From assembly GCA_010909165.1 (NCBI GenBank), contig MU008185.1, forward strand, positions 1 through 64,000: a stretch of DNA of 64,000 nucleotides, written 5' to 3'. Shown piece by piece: positions 25,976-37,300 of the stretch. Made by a program: the position numbers and the translations under genes. Position 1 is the stretch's first letter. Every line of letters starts with the position of its first letter. The DNA comes from Anthoceros angustus (taxonomy: Eukaryota > Plantae > Anthocerotophyta). The notes beneath the pieces were generated by a model that saw only the letters and a program-made list of their open reading frames with translations, was not told the origin of the DNA and did not search any database.

Positions 25976-26690
25976 CCTCCTCGCTCTCTTGTGAGCGATC
26001 ATGATTCCAGTTTACGTCCCGCTCGCAAGCGGTTCATTGTGGTCTTGGCACCAAGCTCATTCATCGCCTTTTATCCTCGACGGATGGTGCTACGGAGCGA
26101 GCTAATCAAGTTTTAGAGGATATACTCCGTGCTTATGCAGTGCACCAAACTCGGTGGACTTTCTCCACCTCGTTGAGTTTGCCTACAACAACGCCCCTAA
26201 CGCCTCAACCCGAGTTACTCCATTCTTGTTCAACAAAGGTTTTCACCCCGCACGTTGCTTTCGCTTCCTTGCCTTCCGCTTGTGTCCCCGCTTGTCGATT
26301 TTCTCACCAACGTGTCCAAATTCTGCAGAGGCTCAGTTTGCCCATGGAACCCAAAACCAAGCCCAATCGCCAATCATCGCCGTCCTCAAGAATTTGCTTG
26401 GTACCTATGTCTTCTCTCGCCGAATTTATCCCTTCACGGGATTCGTAAGATTTCCTGCTTTTGTTGGTCCTTACCGTATCCTCCGCTGCATTGGCCTGTG
26501 GCCTATGAGCTTGCCCTTCCTCCCGAATCTCGCATTCACCCCGCCTTCCGAACACGAACCATGTTTTGATCGCACGACACTTGCCGCGCGCCCGAGCTCG
26601 AGTATGCTCACATTGACCGATGCACTTCATCCTTCCACCGCTCGAACGACAATAGAATCTACCACTGCATATTTCAAAGCCCTTGCACTC
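25975..26690 (+). mobile_element. Ty3/gypsy integrase fragment, 3' part
   Basis: ORF 26154 DFLHLVEFAYNNAPNASTRVTPF...FVGPYRIL. Confidence 0.88.
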
Positions 26691-27149
26691 ACGATCGGAA
26701 AAAGTGGGCTCGGAACTCATCTTGCGGGTTGCTCGCTCGATCGCCATATCGAAGATGATGATTTGCAAGTTGGTTTCAAAGACATGGTAAGCGACATGGT
26801 ACCACGTGATTCCAGCCGTCGACGATCGATGTTTGGAATTTGAGGAGCATGGAGTGAATGCCTTTTATCATGTAAAAAAATGTTTCGTTCTCATTTCTCA
26901 TCATGATGATCTCACCAACGTTAACGTGAACGTCGGTGTGATGCTTGCAAATGCGCGAAGGAAAGAAATGATGTTCGATATGCTGCTCTTTAGTGAAAGC
27001 TTAATTTAATATTTAATTGTAGCTAGCCCGGCCACACAAGGGCGATTGTCAGCTTTGAAGCATAGACCAATGTTGCAGAAGGATGCAAACAGCTTGAGAG
27101 GAGTCTCTCAAAGCGAAAACAAGCTAAACTAGGCATGTTCGTTGTTCTA

Positions 27150-28336
27150 ATTATTTATCCTTGTTGCTTCCAAATAAATCCAGCCAAGGATCCAGGAAAC
27201 TGGTGCTCACAAATCATGGTAATGGGTAGGAGGAAGCCACCTCCAAACCGCAGCGTTGTCGACATCGACACCCACCACCTTGCCCTCGTTATCGGGCATG
27301 AGATATATGCGGCCCGCCACGACTCTCATATGAAAAGACATATGGTCGTCAACGGCCGGCGATGCTGAAGATGGAAGCGGGCATGGTGGCCATCACCCAG
27401 ACATGCTCGCAAAATCTACACCGCACTTCAAACATGGGCGATCCGAATCGCCGCCACCCTATGGCCACGCACACAGAGCGGTCTCGCATGTTGAAGTGTC
27501 CCTTGCATTTAAGAACTTGGAATCTCGCACTAGGCTTGCGAATCATATAGCTCCAACCGCCCGCTGCATAAGACGCGATGTGCAACTGCGACATCCTCAT
27601 GAGGCACGAGAGCACGCTGCCCACAAACACTGCACATATCGAACAAAGCGAACAAGCACGTCCATGGCAGGTTGTCTCACTCCACCTCCAAAGCGGAGTC
27701 GAAGACGGTCGACACAGTTTGTCCATGTTCTCCACACCCCACCGACTCCTGGATTCACCGCCACCAGCTTGAGGGAGCGCTGGCGTCCACCCACACGCCC
27801 GCACATGATGGAGCCGCAAGTCACCCGGGAGAGCCGCGTGGCCCAGAGCGCACCACGGTTGCCTGGCGCGGATGGCCATCCGCCCGCCGCTTGCCGCCGG
27901 CGGACATGAGCAAGCCGCATGCCGCTACTTGGGAGCTCCAAAACCCCCGTCATGTTTCCTGGGCGACGCCGACGGACTGTCCGACCGCGGCTTGGCATCC
28001 ACGACGGAGCTATACCGCCGTTGGAGGCGGTCGTGAGACGCACGAGGCTTTGCCAGCGTAGGTTGTAAAGCCTGCCACGAAAAGCATCCAATCCCGTTCT
28101 CCCGCTCGCAATTCCACCCGCTCCTTCAACAACAAGGGCGACAACACGGCCTTGTTCAACTCTCTGCACACCGTGCGCAATCGCAGCAGGCTCGGCACCG
28201 GCACCTTTGCTAGGATCGTCATCACAATGTCGTGAGGCGGTCACTCCATTCATCTCCACCCTCCTCGGCATCCATCCTTGTCTCACACCCTTCCACCTCG
28301 CATCCATCCTTGTCTCACACCTTCCACCTCATCCAT
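27150..28336 (-). CDS. F-box protein, copy 5
   Basis: ORF 28010..28225 reads MTILAKVPVPSLLRLRTVCRELNKAVLSPLLLKERVELR, the cleanest F-box copy. Confidence 0.82.
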
Positions 28337-29344
28337 CCCACCACCGCATTGCTACAACCTACAACGGAATACGGATGATGTCGAACCTCCGATAGCTACC
28401 CACTCCGACCATGTATATAGAGCTCTAGGCCTTGAAAAGCTAGCTCGAAGCGAGAGCTCAAAGAAGAAGCAAGTGAGTCGATGATTATTTTGGTGTGTGG
28501 GATCGCACATATATAGCCTTTACAAATTTGGGCTTGGCGATTCTGTTCTTCAACTCACCTCCAAACTACGCCACAGGATATAGAGCTCTAGGCCTTGCAA
28601 AGCTAGCTCAAGGGACGAAGCAAGTGAGTCCGATAATAATTTTGGTGTGTGGGATCGCATATATAGCCTTTAAAATTTGGTCTTGGTAGATTCTCGGTGT
28701 TCTTCAACTCACCTCCAAACTACGTCACGGATATAGAGCTAAGACATGCAAAGCTAGTTCGAGGGAGAAGCTTAAGGGAAGAAGATGCAAGTGAGTCTAG
28801 ATTCTCATAAGATTCTAGTGGACACCGACTTTCCAATAGCATGTTGCGAACCTACATACATATGTATATATGCGATTTTGGCATCTTCTCTACGTTGGAT
28901 ATGAGTGCAAAGTGCACATGGGAAAGCAGGCATTGTATATATATGTGGAGGAGATGGACAAGCCTCGAGCGCATACAGCATACGATATCCTTCATTGGAT
29001 GTGAATGCAAAGCGCACATGGGAGAAAAATAATTGGTTTTATTAAAGAAAGAGAATAGATTGGGGTCACCATCTATGAAAGGACATCAAAGGAAGATCGC
29101 AAGGATTGCTATAGATAGGAGCAATCCGAAACTGCCCAAGTGGGATGAAGAGGTGGCTTGCATGCATTGCCCTATGCTTAGTGACCTTGAAAGCCATCCG
29201 TTAGCTATTGCTAACCATGTTTCATTAACACTAATCAATACTTAATTAATATAAGCGCTTTAGATTAATTAATACTAATTACTTAAAGACAAGTCATTAG
29301 ATTAATTAATGCTAATCAAACACTAAACCCAAGTGCAGAGTAGT

Positions 29345-29766
29345 GTCACACGCAGATGACATCCCTTAAGTTCCCCATATTTGCGGGCTTTGATTTCAAG
29401 CCCACGATGTTCCATCTACGGTCATAAATCTTACTACTACCACTCTCAATCGGCTCTATTTTTGGCCTCACTCAATCGACGTCCGAGATTATGTCCTCCT
29501 TTGCAACTTATGCCAATGCAACAAAGCTTGTCACCAACGCCTTGCCGGCTGCTCCAACCCTTGCCTCCCCGCCTCGAGCAAGTCACACTTGACTTCATAA
29601 CCGGATTGCCTCAATGCCATCGGCTTTGATGCGTTCTTTGGTCTTCACGAATAAGCTTACTCATCAAGTGCTCCTTGCCTCCACCATCGAGACATGCTCT
29701 CTTGAACAAACGACTTATTCGGAAAGTGGTTTATCGTGCCCATGGCCTCCCTCGCTCTCTTGTGAG
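29345..29766 (+). mobile_element. Ty3/gypsy integrase fragment, 5' part, cut off at 29766
   Basis: Matches other copies up to HGLPRSLV(S), then switches abruptly to unrelated sequence. Confidence 0.85.
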
Positions 29767-29777
29767 GGATCGTGTAT

Positions 29778-29840
29778 TAGGGAACGGACGCGCGGAGGGG
29801 CGTCACGGCCGAGAACGGTCGAGGCCGTGAGGCCGAGATC
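29778..29840 (-). repeat. GC-rich terminal hairpin motif, cassette A
   Basis: Minus strand TCTCGGCCTCACGGCCTCGACCG...CCGCGCGTCCGTTCCCTA; homologous to 56800-56852 and 61690-61750. Confidence 0.8.
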
Positions 29841-29899
29841 TACAAAGAATTTGCCCCGCCTTTAACCATCAGATTATTTTCGTTTTTCAATCCTTTTAC

Positions 29900-32800
29900 A
29901 CAATAAAGGATTATCTTCGTCACTGTCGTAATTAGGCTCTAATCAAAATAGTTTTGGTTAAATCACACATATTCTATTGGAGTAGATGGAGTGTAAAATG
30001 GTTCTGGTCGTCCCGTCTCTTCAGAATAGTACTTTTTGAGCTGCTGATTGTATGGTCCAGATAAATGTATAATCATTTCGAATATTTCGTCCAAGCGAGA
30101 ATATTTCTGCAATTTAAACCATTGTCAGAATTCATATATAAAATTGATCTATTTTTTAACTTTAGTACTCACCTCAAAGAGTGAAAACAACTCGTTTTGA
30201 TTCTTCGATAACTACAAACAAAAAGTAAAAGTAATTAGTCATTTACCTCCATTTCAATTCGGAGAAGATCTTTCTTTGCATATACCTTTTCGACAAGCGT
30301 TAAACACGTCTTTGTGAAGATTCCCCACACCGGAAATGTGATCGTATGTTCAAGAAACATAAACATTAGAATTTTTTGGAATGCAAGCGGATATTACCTT
30401 TCAAACGATGTACCTTTTGAATATTTTTAGTTGTCTCGGTTCTTCCATGAGAGACAACAAGTCATCGTTTTCAACTCCTTATTTTCAATTGCTGCCCTAT
30501 CTCGCATTCAATGCATGTAATTACATTACATAGAATTATATGTAATGAAAATAATAGAGAGAAAGAGAAGTTATCGCGCTTACTTGCTTGGATGTCTGCA
30601 TCGCTCGAATGTTGGGTTGGACCCATCTTCATTCAAGATGTGTACTTGCTCTTTTAGACTATGCTCCCAAATTGAATACTTAGTTTTAAAGTCTTGAAAA
30701 GTGGTGGATATTGAAAATTGCTCATCCACTTTCCAAACTCGGTGAACTCAAGTGACGGCCCGTAAGTTGGTCCATCCTCCTTGAAGTCATCAATTTTTCT
30801 CTTTTTGCACGATCAAAACCAAAATCATTACTTTCTTAAACCAAAATCATATTAATCCAAATTATATACATTATACATTTTGTATACCTGATTGGAGATG
30901 GCTGCGTTGTCAATGTTGTTGTCAATCTTATCGACTTTGTCCTTTATATTTTTTGCGGCAACAGCTTGTTTTCCAGCATTCCGTAATGCCAAGTTATAAG
31001 CAAAGAAGCATGTGAAGACAAAAAAAGGTATGAATGTAATTTCAGATTACCTCCAGTACTGCCTGGATTGAACTTTGATATCCCTCCAACATTGTTTGCA
31101 TTGAAATCCCATTAAACCTTTCCACAAGTGTACGCTTCACTCCAATTGAGTCGTTGTTCAAGGTTCTTTTGATATCCTGCAGAGATAAATTTAGGGTTAA
31201 GATTTTGGATTTGAGCATACTTAGATCAAGTTTATGAATTAAGAGCTTACCTTCTTTATCTTATTCAATCAAGGTGCATCTCGCAAAGATGCTTAAGGTC
31301 TTGTTTGTCCATGAGAGAACATTGTGTGCTGTGCAGGATGCAACCCACGGGTTTTGTTAGACTCGACCAGCGAGAACATACAGGACTAACAATCATTTTT
31401 CACGAATACCTTTTCTACGATCTTTCTTATCTCCGGTGGTGGTTCAAACTCTGCGTTAGCGGCATATCCTGGATCCCCATGGGTGGGAAGTAATATGTCA
31501 GAGTGGCGCTCACAGGGTGGCGTCCTGTAGTTGCTGTCTGCAGGGGGTTGACACAACAAATATTAGTAAAAGTAAAAGCAAAGTAAGAAACATATAACAA
31601 TTAAGTACCTTCTTGGATTTGAAAATCGTTATTGCTTCCGTTCTCAGATTCCATCCTGATTCAAAAAAGCCATCAGAACACTTATCATAGTGGACAGCTA
31701 CCGTCAAATCAGACTGAACAAGACGCATCGCGCGCAAAACAGAAACGGGTTGAGCTAGGGCAAATTACTTACGTCCACGATACGTCGCTCCGGGTGCTTC
31801 ACGCGAAACCAATTGTTCGTTCCTGCATCAAAATAATGTTAAAACTGTTCGTCAGCACCAATCCAGTTGAACCTAAAGAACTGATACAAAAAGCAGGCTC
31901 CTGAAAACAAGCACAAGCTCAGGCGCATGCAATAAAGCATGCCGGACTTCTGATTACATGCAAGGTTCGCGGCTAGGGGTAACAAGGCAAAAGTGAAACA
32001 ACTTACGGTCAAGCAAGCACTGGGGCGACGGGCGATGTTTGGCGTGTAGTAGTCCCTGCGATCGACGATGTTGAAGTGAAAGCCAGAGTTATTATGTGTT
32101 CCTCAGAGTGGCTACGAGACAAAGACTGCTACAGAACGGAACGGACTACATCAAATGAAAGAAAAAGACGCTGACAGATATGATAAACGCAGTCAAATAA
32201 AGCACAAGGTCTGTTATTAACCTGAAAACTTGATGTTTGCTTGTGAGGAACCCCTGCGACGAAGAATTGAACACAAGATGAGCGACGGGACAAATAAAGA
32301 TGAAAACGGTCATACAATGAAAGTCAGAGCTACCGCAAACTTACAGGCAGCGAAGTTCTCTGACCTTTCTTGCGTGTCGCAGAAACGTCTTCTGCAAACG
32401 TGCTCTGGAAAACTGAGGTGGGTAGTAGCCACAGCGACGTTGATGCATGTACTTCAAAAAGTCGTCGAAGGGTCAAGGGGCCGGAGGAAGGCGAGAAGAG
32501 AGGAAACACACCTCACTAGAGAAAAGACAACAGCCTGGCAATGGTGAGGGTGCAGGTAGGTGAAGAAATAGGAACCTGGCGGCGAGTTGGGCAGTGGACT
32601 AGGAAGATCGACAGTTGGCGGGCGTGGTGGGCGGTGGTAGAAGAACCGGCGACTGGCGTGGTAGGTGCGTGAAAGGAAACACGAGCTTGGCAGCGTGGTG
32701 GGCGGTAGGCCTAGGAGAGAACCAGCAGTGGACACCAACCTGAGAGTGTGCAATGGGTGTGTGAGGGCGTCCTGCGGTCAAGAAGTAGTCAGGACAAGGT

Positions 32801-33000
32801 CAGTGAGGGAAAATCAAGGGCAAGAAAAGGCAGTGATGTTTAAAGTGATGACAAACAATTGCAAACCCAACCTGACCTTTCTGCTGGTCGCACGAGGCTC
32901 CTCTGCAACGTTCTCCTCCTGTCACGAGGTGGTGGGTGTGATGTGAGCATGGAGCTCTCGCGGGCCAGGCGTTAGAGGGCGGCGGCGAGACCATGGTGAA
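29900..33000 (-). CDS. Multi-exon gene of unknown function (cargo of cassette A); boundaries approximate
   Basis: Short open minus-strand segments bounded by AG/GT splice sites, e.g. DIKRTLNNDSIGVKRTLVERFNGISMQTMLEGYQSSIQAVLE (~31050-31180) and YNLALRNAGKQAVAAKNIKDKVDKIDNNIDNAAISNQ (~30890-31000); lies downstream of the TATA box at ~33370. Confidence 0.45.
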
Positions 33001-33079
33001 CCTTCACGCTCCAGACCCGAGGCAGCGGAGAGCAGCTGGCGGCGTTGTGGGCGTGATAGTTAGCGGGAGGCTGGTAGTC

Positions 33080-33380
33080 CCATTTTAGGGTTCCAGAAGG
33101 TTCGAGGGTCTGTCTGCGTGGCAGTTTGTGGCCAGCCTGCGTTTTACGCCCTGCTGTTTAGAGCTTCGGATTTTAGGTTTGGATCTGCATGGCTAGGTTT
33201 GGAATAGAATGACTAGGTTTGGTTGAGGGGTGGCGGCGGCGGTCGAATGGCGAACCGAGGTTGGTTCGGTGTCCGGCTCGGAAGCTTAGGTTCGGCATTT
33301 TCAAATTAGGTCTGGTAGAGAGAGAGTGGCGGCGCCGACAGAGCGAGAACGGGTAGGGTTTGGTGGCCTATATAAGGCGC
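33080..33380 (-). promoter_or_regulatory. Core promoter/5'UTR of cassette A: TATA box, (CT)n Y-patch, clustered AAACC(C)TA telo-box-like motifs
   Basis: Minus strand CTTATATAGGCCACCAAAACCCTA..TTCTCGCTCTGTCGGCGCCGCCACTCTCTCTCTACCAGACC; homologous to 53060-53400 and 58010-58310. Confidence 0.65.
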
Positions 33381-33479
33381 TCCGTTGGGAGTTCAAAGTC
33401 TTTTCGTGCTGTCTGTGGGGATGGAGTGCGAGGTTGCGTAGCTGCGGTGTGTTAGGGTTTGTAGCTGCTGTTGTGTTTT

Positions 33480-34135
33480 AGGCTTAGCGCTCAATGTGTA
33501 GGGGAAGGCCAAATTGTGTGTGTTCTTTGAAGTTGTATTTCAAGGGCCAAGGCTCTTTCACTATTGTTACGTTTCCGAAGTCCAAGGTCTTTTAGGTAGC
33601 GCTTTTTGGCGCTCTCATAGTGTAGACCTGCCTGTGGTGTCGTTTGTTCCTGTGTCGCGCCTTATTTGCTTCGCGGTACGCTCGCTTCAAGGTGCTTCCA
33701 GGGTCTGCTCCAAAGGCTTAGGACCTGTCGAGTTCTAGTTTCGCAGGCCAATGTTCTTTCAGGCTCTGTTCCCAAGGCTAAGGCCTTCTGTGTGCTGTCC
33801 TTCGAAGGCCTAGGTGTTCCAGGCTATGCTCCGAAGGCTAAGTTTTTGTTCAAGTTTTCCAGGCTCTGCCCCGAAGCTTAAGGCCTTTGTTCAAGGTTCT
33901 TTCAGGCTCTGCTCCGAAGGCTCGTGCCTTTTGCCAGTGTTTGTTCGAAGGCCAAGGTCTCTCGAAAGTTTGTTTCGAAGGCCAAGGTCGTTTTGCTGCC
34001 CTGTTTTGGTTCTTTTCGAAAGGCAGGGGGTTTCCCAGGTCCGAAGGTCAAGGTGTCCACATAGGTCCAGTTGTTCTTGCGTCCAAGGCCAAGGTGTTTT
34101 TAACCGGCCGCTTCGCTTTAGGGTGAAGGCCTTTC
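33480..34135 (-). repeat. Array of ACCTTGGCCTTCG-like motifs (cassette A)
   Basis: CGAAGGCCAAGGT / CGAAGGCTAAG recurs every ~25-35 bp. Confidence 0.8.
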
Positions 34136-34329
34136 GCTCCCATGTGAAGTTTGTCTTTTCGCGTTTTACGTTGTTGTCTGTTGCCTCGTTCTTTCCATTG
34201 TTGTTTTGGCTTCTGTTTTGTGCGGTTTTTGTCTTTGATTGTCGCTATGGCCGTAGTGTATTCGGCTCTCAGTTACTGGTCTCTGTTTGCACTGCGGCTT
34301 GTTTTCGTATGTCGTCCTCTGTGCTAAAG

Positions 34330-37300
34330 TGTGGTGGGCAGATCCCGGGGCTTCCGAGATTCACCCTCTAGTGGCCACACTTATCCCACTCGCTAAGTAC
34401 AATAGGTTTCGTCCCATGAGACTCTTGTTTGTCGGTCACCAGCATCCAAGGCACAAACCACCGCCTCTTCACACCCCAAGCTCCCTCACACAGTGGAGCA
34501 ACTTCAACTCACTCCACGAGTGAGCCCATGCCTCACCATGCGCTCGTCAATCACCGCTTCTAGACCTACAACGACACCCCTCGACTATAGGTCCACCCCG
34601 GCGAGGGTACGCCGTAGGGACCCCCTACGTTGCAGCGACTTCACCACCCGTGATCGTCCACTATTCCTTTCCCATCGCCTTCCCACAATTGGCACACCTC
34701 AACCACCAACTCTAACGGCACGCCACTCCCGCCTCTCCGAATCACCACCCCTGGACCTACAACGACATCCTACAGTCGTAGGTCCCACCCTATGGCGGGT
34801 CCACCGTCTTGCGTAGGGACCCCCGGCAGCGCGACTTCTCCACCCGTGATTTTGAGACCTTAGCCCGGCTTCCGGTCTCGGTTTGGTGCGATTTGGGACC
34901 CTCCCTTAGGCTCGACTTGGGCCTTCTTCTTACTCCTAATCTCTACCTACTCCTCTACTCAACATTCAGCTCCACATTCTCCTCAACATACACTCACCTC
35001 AACTCAACTCCTCATCCTCCTAATCTAACCTTACTTCAAGCTCACTGGCCCTAGCTCGCCTTACGGCTGCCTGGGTCCGCCTACAAGCCAACAAGTTCTT
35101 CCTTGGGCGGTTGCTATGAGTTTGCACCAGACCGAGAACCTCCGAGTCTTTCCTGTAGTCTACCCTCAAGCCGAGAGTTCCTTGGGCATCGCCACACACC
35201 CAAAGCAAAGCAATTTCACAAGAACCATTCACAGGGGAGCAACTGCGGGCGCCCGCAAGGAGCGAGCTCCGCCAAGCACTCCGACCACCGCAAACTCCTC
35301 TACCAGACTGCGTTAGCTTGCACGGCACGAAATTCCTTCACAAGGAGCAAAGGACTCATGAGTTTGGGAGCGCAAGAAGACGATAATTTTACTTCACAAG
35401 CTCCCTCCTTTGTAGGGAGGTCCTCACACAGCCTCCCCTCGGCGCCCCTCCGCACGCCTCACTCCTTATTTTAGTGTATCCCACCGCCGATTTTAAGTTC
35501 GACATCCAAGCATCTTGGGTGAAATTCTATTCTAGCAAATTCTACCTATGTGAGCCTTAATGGCTCATCAACATTCCTATCCAGCTAGTCAACACACCCT
35601 CTTGGGTTGACAAGCATTAATCTGTCCTCCCTAAAGAAAAGTCTCCCCAAGCAATGAGCCCACGCTCCAAGCTACCACCACCCTCTTCAATTACCTCTAG
35701 ATGCCGCCGCATCTGGGTGATCCTACGGATGTAGGGCCACCCTCTACACCTCCTACGGACGTAGGGTCACTTCTTATGGCCCTACCGCCCACGCCTCCAC
35801 GCAAGAAGGTCTCCCGTGGCGGATCTTGCTCCATGCCTTCCTCTTCCTCCTCCGAGTCATCCTCTCGGCCTTCCATACACTCGGATGTGTTTGTCCGGAA
35901 ACTGGAATGCCACCAGTGCCTAGCCTCCACTGCATCTCCTTCAAGTTCCTCTCTTCTCCCCCTAGCAACCAACTTGCCCTTCTTAGGTGCAGCCACCATC
36001 TTGTACCTTCAAAATAAGCGCACAAACAAGACAAGCTTGGGCACGCCCACATGCTCGTTTCCACCTAGTTGTCACCTCGGTGTCTACACACAATTCGAGA
36101 TTTCTTCACTCGCCACATAAAATCCACCAAGAGAGCAACTTCAGCCCTTTTCCACTTACTTCCTCTTCACTCCACGGTCCCACCTAGCTCAAACTTGATG
36201 TCCTCACATACAACTCCTTATCCAAATCCCTCACTTGCAAGGTCCTAGGCACAAAATTCAGCTCCGCCCCTCTTCACAGTTTCAAATCCCTTCACACACA
36301 ACTCCTTATGCACGCACACCTCCTTCTCCTTGCACACACACGGCTCAGCGTTCCCACCAAGTCCTTGCTCTAGCTTTCCTGCATGCACAAGCTCTTCCTG
36401 CACCGCAGCTTCCTAGGTGCCACTCCCTACACACCGCTTGCATGGCCCTTTGGTAGCACAAAAAACTCTTGATATAGGCCTTGATTCCTTGCCATGTGGC
36501 ACTATTTCCACCGTCCTCGATTTAGTAGCCCTACTTGTTATAAACACCCTACACTACCCCTTACATATTTATGGATTATTATTCCTAATATACCCTATTT
36601 ATCCTCAACCTTGCATATAGCTCTTTAACAACTTCCTAGGTTGAAACCCCGCCTCACTTTTGCTTCCAAGTATCCAAGTAGGGTGTCGCGCCCCACTTCC
36701 GCTGCCCACGAGGGACCCCACTCTTCCCACCAAGACACCTCACCCTACCTATCTACCTACCTACCTACCTACCTACCTATCTACCTACCTACCTACCTAC
36801 ATCCTACCCATGTAGGGCCACCTCACCCACATACCACCCTATCTCGTCCCCCACTTGTTCCCTACCGCCTACCCCATCAAGGGACACGCCATCCTACCCA
36901 CATACACAACCTACTGCCACCCTACATCCTACCCACATACATACATGTAGGGCCACCCTCTACACCTCCCTCGTGGGGTGCACCTCCTTCTCCCTACGAG
37001 GGGAGTGCCATGCTCCTCACCCCACCGCCACCCTACACCTCCCTCGTGGGGTGCACCACCCAAGCACCTCAATTAGCTCCTCATCCTCCTAATCTAACCT
37101 TACTTCAAGCTCACTGGCCCTAGCTCGCCCTTACAGCTGGCACAGGTGCGCCTACAAGCCAACAAGTTCTTCCTTGGGCGGTTGCTATGAGTTTGCACAG
37201 ACGGCGAGAACCTCCGAGTCTTTCCTGTAGTCTACCCTCAAGCCGAGTTCCTTGGGCATCGCCACACACCCAAAGCAAAGCAATTTCACAACCATTCACA

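Larger units (their letters stand above)
1..29766. repeat. Tandem macrosatellite, unit ~3.8 kb (F-box gene + ~160-bp repeats + gypsy integrase fragment), at least 5 units, interrupted by the CACTA element
   Basis: Marker AAAGTGGGCTCGGAACTCAT recurs at ~12021, 15821, 19681, 24957, 26701; marker GCAGAGTAGTGTCAC at ~14681, 18507, 23796, 29336. Bases 1-243 match the end of the integrase segment. Confidence 0.95.

Noticed and set aside
33080-33360. Interstitial telomere
   Set aside because: AAACC(C)TA motifs are dispersed singles within a promoter-like region, not a tandem TTTAGGG array.
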